Of a stretch of DNA of 64,000 nucleotides, positions 27,263 through 41,251 are shown piece after piece (position 1 is the first letter of the stretch; each line of letters opens with the position of its first letter). The position numbers and the translations under genes are program-made. This stretch comes from Octopus vulgaris (Eukaryota), in assembly GCA_951406725.2 (NCBI GenBank), contig OX597826.1, forward strand, positions 27,280,001 through 27,344,000. Direction: 5' to 3'. A model generated the notes under the pieces. It had not been told where the DNA came from. It made no database searches and saw only the letters and a program-made list of their open reading frames with translations.

Positions 27263-28032
27263 GGATTCCACTTTGTCTTTCTTTTTCCTTCCTACTAAAA
27301 ATTATATTTTAATTTAATTTTATCTCTTGCGTTGGTATAGTATGTGTAAAAAATTGTTATAAATAGATAAAAAGATGAGTAAATATACATACATACATAC
27401 ATACATACATATATCAGGGACATGCTGCCTAGGTAGGCAAGATATGCAGTACCTACCTTTAATTAAATAGACCCATGGCAGCATTTTCCTCTCATAGCAA
27501 AATATGCACCTAATTCGATAAAAGTATAAAAGTTGTCAGATTATTATCCATAAAATGCAAAATATTTTATTTTCTTGTAGATTAGGTAGGCATAATGCGC
27601 CTCTGCCCTTTCAATCTAAGTATTTAAGCTACGTTTAGTAATGCCGTAGTACACTTGCTGCGTACATTTCTACAACACTATTTTCTTTACGTGCTATTAA
27701 GGCAAATATAAATGTACCTACAGTTCAGTCGAGTGCCTCTGTTTCACTTATTTTTGTGTGCTTTACTATATAGATTTACTAACTGCCTACGGTTGGTAAA
27801 AAACACCAATCGAGAATTCCTTTTACTGACATCAGTCTCGGCAATTTCCGTTGACTAATCAGGAAGGACTGGCTCGACTTCGATAGCTTCCGAGCTTCAT
27901 TCTGCGTCAGAATATATATTTTCTCCATAAAGATCTATGGTTGAATTACCGAATTCCTAAAGTATATACAGAAAATGAATATAGACAGCAGTGTACAATG
28001 TTTTACCAAAAGGAAAACCTATAATTGTCACT

Positions 28033-28174
28033 AAATGTGACTAAGGTATTAGAAACGCCTACATTGCTAGAAATAACAGCTAATATGCTTTAATACTGTA
28101 GTCGAAGCATATACATACATATTTTAGCTCTTATTTCTAGCAATGTACGTAGTTTTAACACCCTAGTTACATTT
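28033..28174. mobile_element. Palindromic MITE-like element with about 50-bp imperfect arms
   Basis: aaatgtgactaaggt...tacattgctagaaataacagctaa versus ttagctcttatttctagcaatgta...ccctagttacattt. Confidence 0.7.
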
Positions 28175-28281
28175 TGTAGCAACTATATGCATGTATATAT
28201 ATACTTATATATATATGTATGTATATATATTTATATATGTATGTGTGTATGTATATGTATATACATATATATATATATATA

Positions 28282-28351
<70 letters not shown>

Positions 28352-28756
28352 TATATGCACATACACATTTATATACAAATACACATATATGTATGCAAGC
28401 ACCATGACGTATGCATGCATACACTAATATATTTGCCTTTCTGATTATCTCTCCACTCGTCAACAATTATGTTATTTCCTCTTACTTTCTCTTCTACTCT
28501 CTCCAGTATGATTCGCTGTCTCTCATCCCAAATAACACATATCTCCCTTTATTAAATAACCTCTGTGAAAGAATTTTTAAAAACATAACCTATCTGTCTT
28601 TTGGACTGTTTAATTATGCATGCCTGCACGCCTGCATGAATTTATGTATGTATGTATCTCTGTATGTACGTATATATCTATTTATTTATCGATCTATCCT
28701 CTTCTCTCTCTCTCCCTCTCTCTCTCTCTTCACACACACACACATATATGTATATG

Positions 28757-28834
<78 letters not shown>

Positions 28835-28940
28835 TATATATATATATACACACATATATATATGTGTCTATCTACTTATCTATATATTTATTTATCTATC
28901 AAAATATCTATCTCGCTATTTATCTATCTTTCTATCATTC

Positions 28941-28971
<31 letters not shown>

Positions 28972-29658
28972 TTCTTCCTATCTGTCTCTATCCATTACTC
29001 CATCACTCTCACTACATCTCCCACCACATCTCTCCAAGCGCCACTTCCCACGTAATATCACACACTAATAGGTCTCTAATGACACTGCTCGATAAATAAC
29101 TCGTTTGGTATTAATTCCTTTTCCGAAGAATTCCCACCCATTCTATGATTGATTACTACAATTTGGTCCCATATATTTCTATATTGACCCTTTCCTAACT
29201 GTTTTCATTTATGAAAAATGTGATCTTTACAGTAAAACGACAGAAAACAAAAATGGATGTATAAATATGTTTTCTTACGCATATAATCACGCATGCGTAA
29301 TGGGTAACAGGAATGTAGGCACCTATTCATGTTGGTGTATACCCCAAACCTAACATTTAATATTTTTCGCTTTCAATATATCTCTGTCTCTCTGTCTCCC
29401 TCTCTCCCTCACTTCCTCACAGTCTCTCTCTCTCTCTCTCGCTCTCTCTCACTCACTCTTTTTCTCTCATACTCTCTCTCTCTCTCTCTCACTCTATTTC
29501 TCTCTCTCACTCTATTTCTCTCTCTCGCATGATTGTTTCTTTTTTTTTCTCTATCAGTTCCTTGCTTTCTGTATTTCACAGCAGTTATTTATTTGTCTTT
29601 AACTCTTATTATATTTGCTCACATTCCAACATACATTTCCCTATACACTCACATACAA

Positions 29659-29705
<47 letters not shown>

Positions 29706-30180
29706 CATACATATATATATTATACATATATATGTGTACTAATCTATACATATATATATACGGACATGTGTATGTGAGTTAATACGTTACATATAATAAA
29801 TTACATATAAGTATGCATGTATGTATGTATGTATGTATCTATGTTGGTGTATATGTATGTGTGTGTGTATGAGTGTATGTTCCTGTATCAGCGTCAATAT
29901 ACACAAACACTTGATTCCTGTGTGTTCATCGCAATGTATTTAAGACAATTGCTTCATTGATTACCTGTATCCATTGAGCATTGATCAACCTTATTGACTT
30001 CAAACGCACTTCATTTTCTCTCTCCCTTTCTGTCCCCTCTCTCTCTCTATATATATATATCACATGTGCATGTAAATATATATGCGTATGTGTATGGATT
30101 TATACAGCTATAGATTCATATATGTATATATATGTATATGTGTATATATATGTATATATATATGTATGTATATATATATG

Positions 30181-30282
<102 letters not shown>

Positions 30283-30844
30283 TACACACATACATATATA
30301 TCATGTATATATAGTAACAAGCCGATAATATTTAATGTATTGCAGGTTTATCAATATTAGTTTTGTCTTAATATTTAATGTATCAGGTTCGGCTGTAACT
30401 TAATCGAAGTCAAAACTTGTTCAAATATCTCTCTTATTTGCTTCATAATTTATTTTTTTCTTCTTGATATTCTTTACCGTTAGAAATATCAAAATTTGTA
30501 TTTGTTTTATTGGGGTTATTTTCCCTGATTATACATTCATCGGTCTCTCTCAGCATTTCTTTCTCCTCGTCCACATGTCCGGTTGCCCATAGCCTGGAAA
30601 CTTCGGTTACTACCTGACCAAATGGAATAAAATATTCGGGAAGTGTCGAAATTACAATGATATTTGATCGTCAACTATTGAGGCGTTTTAGCGGGTTTGC
30701 GTCTGTTGTGGTCTTTACGTTTTATTTGATATTTTAAAGCTTTATTCATTAACTTCTTTTTTGGCCTCAGCTCAGTTTTATGATATTTTCACACGCACAC
30801 ACATACATACATATATATACATATACATGTTTTATAGGTTTCTA

Positions 30845-30958
<114 letters not shown>

Positions 30959-31107
30959 AGGTACATATATATATAGGGTGGCGAATACTCGTTATAAATA
31001 TCAACACCAGTGACCTCGCATGTATAAAAAGTCAATAGACAACATATTCGTATTTCAAATAGAAAATTACCCTTTAATTACGAATATGTTGAAATACGAA
31101 TAGTTTG

Positions 31108-31151
<44 letters not shown>

Positions 31152-31154
<3 letters not shown>

Positions 31155-31427
31155 TAAAGTGGGTAGAAATTGATATTAATCAATTAAATCCAGTGGCTTA
31201 GCATATATGGAGAATCCGAAGATTAAAAATTATATTACATTCAAATTAAGAGGGATGACCACCACAGTGGATTTCTAATATGCTAAAGATAAATCGCCTT
31301 GCCACGAAGTGTGCGTTCTGAGCGTTTGCTGAAATTTTCTTGTGAACACACTCTCCGTGGTAAGGCGATTTGACGTCTATCTTTAGAATATTAGGAATCC
31401 CCTTTGGTGGTCATTCCTCTTGATTTG
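31152..31427 (-). mobile_element. Foldback element related to 17140-17490 (imperfect palindrome 31242-31427 plus tail)
   Basis: Shared motifs ttgata..atcaatt...agtgg..tagcatat and ccac..tgg...tatgcta; flanked by (TA)n and (CA)n. Confidence 0.65.
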
Positions 31428-31452
31428 TACACACACACACACACACACACAC

Positions 31453-31509
<57 letters not shown>

Positions 31510-31515
31510 CATACA

Positions 31516-31549
<34 letters not shown>

Positions 31550-31759
31550 CATACATACATACATACATACACACATACATACATACATACATACATATAT
31601 TGAAACATGCATGTATACATGCACACAATCATACAGGTGCGCCACAACGTGGTGAAAATAAGCACTTGAATACTTCTAAGTTATTCTGCTACCTTCTATC
31701 CTGCGAGTTAGGTGTTTTTGAAAACATTGGTATAATTGCTTCTTGAAATAAAACGTCGA

Positions 31760-31935
31760 ACTTGCAGAATCGGTAGAACGCCATGTAAAATGCTTCAATG
31801 CATTTCATGCGTGTTTACGATTTGAGTTCAAATTCCGCAGAGGTCGAATTTGCATTTCAGCCTTTCGGGTTCAGTGTATGTAGTACCGGTTGAAATCTTA
31901 GGTCTATCTAATTGGCGTTGTCCCAAAATTTTTTA
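31760..31935 (+). mobile_element. tRNA-derived SINE, first family, degraded
   Basis: gcagaatcg...gagttcaaattccgcagaggtcga...cctttcggg. Confidence 0.7.
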
Positions 31936-31992
31936 ACGTATATTACTTTGTTCAAATAAATGCAGATTCTGAAAATATACAGAGGAGATATA

Positions 31993-32544
31993 TTAGGTTG
32001 TCCGGAAAGTTCGTGCCGATTTATAGTAGCTTACAATTTCGATTTATTTTAGAACATGGTCGAGTCCATAAAATAGGATTTGACTACACCTCCATTTAGA
32101 CCACTGTTTAAGCTATCTTTTCGTGGAAGAAGGTTTATGTTCCTATAACCTGTGTTAATTCTGTAACCCTTTAAATTGGGAGATCAGAAAGTTCATTTTC
32201 GGCACTTGATGCTTTGGGAACCAGACAAAAATTGCTACAGCTCGGTTGGGATCTGTTACTCCACCCTCCATATCCACCAGATATTGATCCTTCGGATTTC
32301 CACTTATTCAGGTCTCTGCAAAATAGTCTTAATGGTAAAAATTTGAATTCCTTGGATGACGTAAAAAGATACCTTGATGAGTTCTTTGCCATGAAATCAC
32401 CTCGATTCTGGGAATCAAAGGAAAGATGGAAACGCATTGTGCAACAAAATGGTTGATATCTAGTTGATTAAAAATGTAATGGCAAGTATTTAATGACCTT
32501 TTTCTTTCTTTTAAAAATCGGCACGAACTTTCCGGACAGCCCAA
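31993..32544 (+). mobile_element. Internally deleted mariner (DD34D) transposon
   Basis: 30-bp TIRs ttaggttgtccggaaagttcgtgccgattt / aaatcggcacgaactttccggacagcccaa. N-terminal remnant DQKVHFRHLMLWE is joined to the C-terminal HPPYPPDIDPSDFHLFRSLQNSL (YSPDLAPSD motif) at 32214-32456. Confidence 0.92.
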
Positions 32545-33537
32545 TTCATAGTTTTCTAAAATATCATTTACAAAATCTTATGGTTATATTGATTAATCCA
32601 AAACAGCAATAAAACTATGAATAGGAACTTTCAATTACTTCCATATTTCAGGCTTAGTGCATTGTCCTGTTTAACACCAGTCACTGGTCCTAATATTTAG
32701 TTAGCCATCTCCTCAGTGTTGCATGAATGTAGGTCACGTCTAGTTTTAAGATTAATTTACATATATAAAACTGTTGGTTCTTATTGTAGGAATTCTTAAA
32801 TCATTGTTTATTCATTCTTTCGAGCCACGGAAATTATTGAATGTCTTGCCAAATGAAATAAATATGGGTCATTCACTTTTGTGTAAACTATGGAAAATGG
32901 CCATTGAAATCAAATCCGCATTGTCTGAAACATTCCTAAATTATCAGCCCAACTCATTTAGGTTAAGTATCAAGCGGTGTTTGTAAATCGTGTTTTATAC
33001 CGGGAGGTTCGTTATGCCAAAAATACTAATAATACACGCACCGATTTTATTTCACGCTTTAAATTATATTTGTGAGTTGTTCCACTATTTATTTAACTAA
33101 GTGACAAAAATAATGAAGTGAAGTAGAAATATTGCGTATATCGTTTGTTGAATGACCCTGCTGTGATACAAGAAGGAATGACTAAATCTTTTTCGAAAGA
33201 TTTCATATGCTAAGATATCTAAGTGCGAGGTGAAAGCTCAGATTTGATTTAGAGGAGAACTAAAAGGATACGTATTTTGATGACAATACTAATACTTATA
33301 GCTTATTTCATCCTACAGGATATTTCTAAGACAAGCCTAATCAGGTGTTTCATTTTTATAGTTGGAAAGATATAGAACTGTTACTCTTAACAAAATCAAA
33401 TGAAAAATAAAAGAATCACGTAAATATGGATAAAAATTATCAAAGAAATTGCACACGTTGCATCAGCTGTGAGATCGTCACGTGATTGCAGATTATTGCG
33501 CTTCCATGTAGGAGCTAAGTTCATGGGTTGCACTTAC

Positions 33538-33551
33538 GCTGTAATTGTGCG
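33538..33551 (-). other. Candidate 14-nt microexon
   Basis: tttttttttctttttttggtcgctgcag|CGCACAATTACAGC|gtaagt: long U tract, TGC before the AG, consensus donor, in non-repeat sequence. Confidence 0.4.
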
Positions 33552-33825
33552 CTGCAGCGACCAAAAAAAGAAAAAAAAACTGTGGTCGTTGTAACTCCAA
33601 ACACGCTACATCCTTTCGGCGTTTATAGGAAAAGTAAAGAAATAAAGAAGACGTCTTCCTAACAATGACTACAAAATAACAACAACCGTATATGAAAATA
33701 GCAGCGGACAAAATATAATAGACTATTATTATCGAACATGGCCCATAACTCCGCATCAAATTGAGACATCATCAATTTGTCTTAATCTCCCTCTATTATA
33801 TTCAAGTAATAACAATAACAACAGC

Positions 33826-33886
<61 letters not shown>

Positions 33887-34238
33887 GCGATAATAAAAAT
33901 ATAAATATGCGTTTATTCTCTACTTCAGCGCCTTTAGTAGAATACTATATCTACACATGATATTTGTCTCGCAGTTTTTTTTTATTCTTTTCGATTTCCT
34001 TTCTCAACATATTTTTTAAACACACAGCCATACGCATATCTAGAGAGAAGCACGTATGTACGTACGAACAATTTGTCTCTATATATTTACCATTTAAATA
34101 AACGTCCGTATGTAAACTTTACATTATTTTCTTCGGTTTGAGAATCTTCCCCCACCCAAAAAAAAATTCTTTTAATTTCATATTTTTTCCTCAAGGAAAT
34201 ATTCTTCTTTATATTCCATCTTTTTGATATATATGTAT

Positions 34239-34282
<44 letters not shown>

Positions 34283-34416
34283 GAGTATATATATACATGG
34301 ATAGATAAATAGATAGGTATACTCACACATTTATATGTCTCTATACATATATGTATATGCATGCATACATATATACATACACACATATATATATATATAT
34401 GCACACATACATATAG

Positions 34417-34477
<61 letters not shown>

Positions 34478-34902
34478 CATGAGTATATAGATGTGTGTGT
34501 GTGTATATGTTTACATATGTATATATGTATGTATATATATATATGTATATATATATATATAAGATTCATTCCTTAGCTTTTTTCTTCTTGTTTTTGTTTC
34601 CTCCTCCTGTTTTACATTCAGCAATTGTTTTGCTTCGTCATTTTAGCTGTTGTTTTTGTAGTTGTCGTCGAGGATGTTGTATTTTTCTTCTCCTTTTATT
34701 TCTATTTGTATTGTTTGCAAAGAAAATATATAAATCACACAATAAACTTGATAAAATATGTGACTAAACTGATTAACTACAGGTAATAAATCTGTAAACA
34801 TCATTCAAGGAATTGGAAAAAGGGAGAAAAAATTATTACATATGTATAAGTGTATGTGTCTGTATATATACATATACTCACATATATACATACATAACAC
34901 AT

Positions 34903-34947
<45 letters not shown>

Positions 34948-34984
34948 TATATATGTACACGTTAATGTATGTATATGTATATGC

Positions 34985-35023
<39 letters not shown>

Positions 35024-35164
35024 CAAGCATACATATACGTATCATATATGAGTATATAAATATATACATATATATATGTATATTGATAGACATAAATATA
35101 TATCTGTATATAGAACATCCGTAATAACCGTGTAAACACAATACATGCATACATGCATGCATAC

Positions 35165-35215
<51 letters not shown>

Positions 35216-35484
35216 TATATAGATAGACAGATATGTATATGTATATATATATACATGTACATATATATACATGTATATATGTATATATATATACATATAT
35301 ATATACATGCATGTATATATATATGCATATATATATAAATATACATGTATGCATACATACAGATATACACGTATATATATATATGTATGTTATATGTATA
35401 AATATATATATTTGTATGCATATATATAGAGAAAGATAAATAGATACATATAAATATATACATACACATATGCATATATATATA

Positions 35485-35535
<51 letters not shown>

Positions 35536-36483
35536 ATCTACCATACATATCTACGTACGCACAAAGACATACATATACATAGAATGAAAACTAAACACAA
35601 TAATAATCGCCATGATGAATTATTGAAAGAGGAAAAGCCGATATATAAGCAAACAAACGTCACCCCCTCTTCTACTTCAATTTACAGATCCATCAATTAG
35701 CAAAATTTTACCAATTTTCTTTCGACTGGCCGTCCTAATTGCAATTTTTCACGTTCCTCTTTTGAATTGTGACTTTCTTCCCAATAATTCTTCGATTATT
35801 TTTGCTCTAAATTTTATAGCAATACTTCATGTTTGTGTTCCAGATTTGATAACCATTAATTATACGCATTTCTCTGTCGTATATTATTTCATAGAATTCT
35901 GGAAGCCTTGAGCTGGCTGCCCGTAATATTTCTCCGTGTTCAACATTTGATAGTAAATGTCTTTCACTGTGTTTTATATTTCTCAATCATACTCTCATAT
36001 ATGTGTTCGTGTGCGTGCCTCTGTGTGTGTGTGTGCGTGCGTGTGTGAGTGTGTGTGTGTGTGTGTTTGCGTGTGTGTGTGTGTGCGTGTGTGAGTGCGT
36101 GTAGATTTGTTTGTGCATTTCTCTTTAGTTTATTCGCAATAATTCCTAGCGATCTACATTTTGACGTTATTTGGTGTCGATGTACGCATGTGCGTGTCCG
36201 GCTCTATACTTGCTTCCGTCTATCTTATCTCTATATATTGCAGGTTGCATAAAGTATTGTCAGTTTTTTGTGATCGTGTTAAGCTGTATACCGCTCCTTT
36301 CATGGTTTAACCTTGAGGGACTAAACTCTCTATACGAAGCTAGGGTCTCACTCTGATATATCGAGGGTCTATGAACATACTAACAGTACCACAGCCGTAT
36401 AGATTTACAAGGGTGGATAAAATAGGCACGAAGGTAACTTTCGTCCAACACACGAATGTAGCAGTATTTGTTATTGTCGTGGA

Positions 36484-37128
36484 GCGGTGGTTCCCAACCG
36501 AGGCCCGTATGAGCCTTAAGGGTTCATATAAAATTTTGTCGCTATGATTCATATGCAATAAACTGTTTATACTTCCACAATTACTACGACACTCCATCAA
36601 TCACGTCCACGAGGGTTTTATTCGATCCAATCAGCGGAACAGCCTGCTTGTGAAATTAACGGGCAAGTGGCTGAGCGCTCCACAGACACGTGTATCTCTT
36701 AACGTAGTTCTCGGGGAGATTCAACGTGACACAAAGTGTAACAAGGCTGGCCCTTTGAAATACAAGTACAGCAGAAGCAGGAAGAAAGAGTGAGAGAAAT
36801 TTGTGGTGAAAGAGTACAGCAGGATTCGCTAGCACCTCGTGGAGATTTAAGTGTCTTCGCTCAATAAACACTCACGACGCCCGGTCTGGGAATCGAAAAT
36901 GCGATCCTACGACCGCAAGTTCGCTGTCCTAACCACTGGCCCATTGCGCCCCCACCTCACAATATACCAGATATTTCAACGACTTTTAAATAAAGCTCCT
37001 AATAATATTTAATTATAAATATGCTGTAGGTTTTTGCTTTAAAAAAAACCATTGAATGACATAAAATGTCCACCCGCATAAAATAATAATCAAAGGGATC
37101 TATAGTCAAAAAATGGTTGAGGCTCACT
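36484..37128. mobile_element. hAT-type MITE interrupted by a SINE
   Basis: Ends cggtggttcccaacc and ggttgaggctcact are degenerate inverted termini. Confidence 0.45.
36588..36953 (-). mobile_element. tRNA-derived SINE, second family, near full length
   Basis: Minus-strand head ggcgcaatgggccagtggttagg...ttcgattcccagacc with A and B boxes. Confidence 0.88.
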
Positions 37129-37561
37129 CTTTTGAAGTCTGTTATTGCTGACTGACTTAGAAATACCTGCATCCGGTTCTCCTCCCATCACCAGCAGCGC
37201 TCTCTCTGTTTCAGACATAAAAGGCTTCGCTTTCCTCACACAAAGGAGCTGGAGCCCATCGAACTCCTTTCCATGCGTGCGATGTCTTCTTAATTTAGTT
37301 TAAAGTTAGCCTGGTTTAGGTTCAATATGAAGTATTCCTCCCGAAACGCTAGACGCATGCCATTTACTTACGATTGCTTTACTATTCAAAATCTCTGCGA
37401 ACTTTTAAGGCATATCAGTAAGACATTGAGGAAAAGCATGTCAGATAAAAGGAGTACCAGACCTACTTACTTTATCCGAATCTCTGCACGTAGCACAGTC
37501 TCATGGTGTGGTGGGCGGTCGCACGTCAAGTTTTTTTTTAGAAGGCTCTATGGATAGACAC

Positions 37562-37835
37562 CATGGAGGCACGGTCGAGGGATCGCGGGTTCAAATCTCA
37601 GACCGGGGGATGTGTGTGTTTATGAGCGAAACACCTAAGCACTACGCGGTTCTGGCAGAAGGTAATGGCGAACTTCTGCTGACACTTTCCCCACAAATTT
37701 CTCTTACTCTTTCCTCCTGCATCTTGCAGCTCACCTGCGACGGACCGGCGTCCCGTCTAGCTGGGGAACCTATACCACCAAGGAAACCGGGAAACCGGCC
37801 CTTATGAGCCAGGCGGGGCTCGAGAAGGAACTAAC
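37562..37835 (+). mobile_element. tRNA-derived SINE variant
   Basis: B box gggttcaaatc; body shared with 40363 and 15982. Confidence 0.7.
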
Positions 37836-38850
37836 AAAAACATGGATAGACGCCTAAATAATGAAACGCGTCTGTTCCACGCAAGACAGTAGAGAAAATA
37901 CTCCAGTCTTGTCTGACAAGCAAAGAAGTAGGGCATAATGGTTGGGAAATAACTTATGGTGGAGACGTTGAGGGTGTTCGCCTCCTCGCCTCGACTTTTG
38001 AGAGATAAATACTGCACGTATTTCTGTAAAATGTTAGTCATAATTGTAATGTTCATCCTTTGGAGACTTGTACGAAAGAAACCAAAATCTTAATGTACGG
38101 AAACAGGATTGGTTTCGAGCTTTGGCACAGAGCCATCAATTTTTTTGAATAGGGCGTGGAGGCTAAGTCGATCACATCGACCCCATCCCCAGTACGCAAC
38201 GTGAAATGAAGTGTTTTGCTCAAGAACACAATGCGCAGCCTCTTTGAAAATCGAACCTACGATCTCACGATCGAGTGTGCAACACTGGGCCAGACTCCTG
38301 CACACACACACACATTCACACCCACGTACACATGCGCGCACAACATGTATTGTTGCTTTATATGGTATAATACAATGAAAGAAGCCAGTTTCAGGCATAC
38401 TGTTAATCGCAGTATTTCACTCCCGGTTTCGTTTCTTAGAAATATAAATTAGATATAATACCCAGCTACGTTGCCGTATATTAAGCTTTTGGGTTCTTCC
38501 GTACAAGTTTCCAGCGGATGAACACAAGCTAAAAACAGTAGTGAGATATCAAACATATGAACCTGATAGATTTTCTTCCCCGCTAACTTAAATCTAATAT
38601 CTTAACTAGATTTCGAAACTACATCACAAACTTCGGGTTACTGTCTTCTCAACGATGCAGACATGCATATAATTGCATATGAGATAAGAGAGTTCAATAC
38701 ATACCGTAGAGAATACATTCTGTTCATAGAAGATAAGTTTTATCTCGCATCAGAAGATTAGAAGTTTCGTGTTACTGAAATCTGCAGGCAGGAATTGAAG
38801 ATCGCAGTCGTGCGATTCTACTTTGAATTTAAACTAACGCCTTCTCCCAG

Positions 38851-38901
<51 letters not shown>

Positions 38902-39254
38902 GAGGAATACACACACACACACTCTCTCTCTCTCTCTCTCGATATGCATTATCGTCTCTCTGTATGCTGAATTCCATGATTAAAGATGTGATTTTTCTCT
39001 ATCCATATTTTTGTTGTCTAATACTTTGAAGTTCTCGAAATTTGTCTAAATGATATTTCGATCTCTTTCTCTTTCTCTTTTCCTTGTTTCAGTCATTTGA
39101 CTATGGCCATGCTGGAGCACCGCCTAACTTGGATGTGCATTCCACTTCTATTTACTGGTGTTTGATTGCTTGAAATAGTTAACTAAATTAGTTTAAAACT
39201 AAGTGTTTTATTGTTATCTTCCTGGATATTTTAATTCCGGTGTTTTCTTCTGGT

Positions 39255-39322
<68 letters not shown>

Positions 39323-39390
39323 ATCTACACATACACACACACATGCACACACTCACGCACACAAACACACACACACGCGCACACACACAC

Positions 39391-39444
<54 letters not shown>

Positions 39445-40088
39445 TTAATCAAAGGACATACTTAGTATGTTTACCTGCTGGAAATAACAGTCAAAACGCT
39501 TATTTCAGTCGCCAAAAATACACTTATAATAACTACAGAAATAAACCGTCCGGAGGTAAACGGGCAATGGCAATCTCTCAGCCTACATTGAAGTATTTGG
39601 AATCACGTGGACCGGTTTCTGGACTGGCATAATAGCCTCACCCCCACTCAACACGCGTTATCATGAGGAGATCCCCAACCCGTCGCGTTGAAGTCTGCGC
39701 TGCGACTGATTCGTTTTGCGCCGAATCCTGGCAGCCACCAGTATGAAAATAATTTTGATATGGCGCGAATAATTCACGAGAAAAAATATTAATCCACGAG
39801 AAGTTATTTCTGAGGAGATCAGTGACTCTATTATTATCTAGTGTAAGTTGTATATATGTATATATATATATATGTATTATAAATAGATGTGTGTATTTTT
39901 ACCTTGTTAACAATTAACACGGAAAAAAAAATAATAAATAGTTACCAGGGCAGCAAAAATCCCACAAGTAAAGGTGTTGTAACACCTTGTTTATAAAGGT
40001 AGAAACTTCGTGTTTACGGGGAATATTTTGAATAATATATGAATAAATAAATGGTGTTTAACGCAGGTGTAAATCAAATATTTTTACA

Positions 40089-40168
40089 TTCGACACATGT
40101 TTCGAAAATTCCACTGATACTATTCAAAAGAATAAATGGTATAAACAATGCAATCTTCTCTTCAGGAA
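40089..40168 (-). ncRNA. Type I hammerhead ribozyme, intact core
   Basis: ttc-CTGAAGA-gaagattgcattg...cagtggaattttc-GAAAC-atgt-GTC-gaa; stem II pairs 12 of 13 including G-U. Confidence 0.8.
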
Positions 40169-40362
40169 AGTGAAAAAAACGAAACTCGTCAATAAGACAT
40201 TTTAGCAAAAAATGATGGATTTGTATAGCGATTGACAGAACGCTATTAATATTGTTTAAAAAAACGTTATATGACATAACGTCATAAGTAGCTAACAGAA
40301 AGAGTAGGGATACCAATAGTGAATGTTAAATATAAAGGAAATTAAAGTTTAAATTATATATA

Positions 40363-40578
40363 GGAGGCGCAATGGCCCAGTGGTTAGGGCAGCGGACTTG
40401 CGGTCGGAGGATCGCGGTTTCGATTCCCAGACCGGGCGTTGTGTGTGTTTATTGAGCGAAAACACCTAAAAGCTCCATGAGGCTCCGGCAGGGGATGGTG
40501 GTGATCCCTGCTGTACTCTTTCACCACTCTAAAGGCGGTGCTCCAGCATGGCCACAGTCAAATGACTGAAACAAGTAC

Positions 40579-40604
<26 letters not shown>
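40363..40604 (+). mobile_element. Chimeric SINE: second-family tRNA head, third-family 3' end, poly(A)
   Basis: ggaggcgcaatggcccagtggttagg... to about 40530, then ggcggtgctccagcatggccacagtcaaatgactgaaacaagt and an A run. Confidence 0.8.
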
Positions 40605-40610
<6 letters not shown>

Positions 40611-40618
40611 GATAGAAA

Positions 40619-41251
40619 CTACTTATATGCACTAAATGTGTGTTTTTGCCAATGCTTACATCTGTATGCTCGCTCTATAACCGTGTTTACTAGATTATTT
40701 TTAGAAAAAATAATGAAAAATAGCACAGAATTGCAGAGAAGACAGAATTCCTTGCTTTTGTCATAAGGTATCGAAATTGAGAGAATCAACCATTCTAAAT
40801 GAAATTGTTCATTGTGGTCTTTTAAATCCCAAATCAGTTTGCTGAGACCGGTACTATTACGTTTATTTCTATCCCTAAATGTTGAGTAATGGATAGAAAT
40901 TCTTTTAGATAATTCTAACGATGTGCTTCCAATGTAAAATCGTACTTTATTACGAGTACTGATTATACACCGGTATATAGAATTTTTAATCTTAGAGTAA
41001 CTTGACATAAACTTAATTCTATTGGAATTGTCTTCAGATACAATAACCTTGTTATTAATATTTCTAGAGGGTTGGATGGTATTAGCTAAATTAATGTTAG
41101 TATTAGTAAATGTATTGATATTTAACAGTTTGTTATTATGTGAAGAGATAATTTGTAAGAGATTTTTTGTGTTTGAAAAACCTATCCTAACCTTATGTGA
41201 ATTGATAATAGAGTAATATCTAGAATTGTTTGGAAAATTCCTAGCAATAGC
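40619..41251 (-). pseudogene. C-terminal fragment of PLE polyprotein with GIY-YIG endonuclease
   Basis: Open frame IARNFPNNSRYYSIINSHKVRIGFSNTKNLLQIISSHNNK...SIYRC...FYIGST..LSKRISIH...STGLSKLIWDLK...PY...CLLC...LVN...E...CKH, the pattern of C-terminal-EN PLEs. Confidence 0.85.

Larger units (their letters stand above)
39925..41251 (-). mobile_element. 5'-truncated Penelope-like retroelement (linker, GIY-YIG endonuclease, 3' UTR with hammerhead), interrupted by a SINE
   Basis: Protein motifs and HHR listed below; the 3' end lies near (TA)n. Confidence 0.85.

Noticed and set aside
40363-40440. Apparent tRNA genes (also 36880-36953, 57905-57981, 62546-62620)
   Set aside because: They have A/B boxes but no clean cloverleaf and continue into shared repeat bodies, so they are SINE heads.
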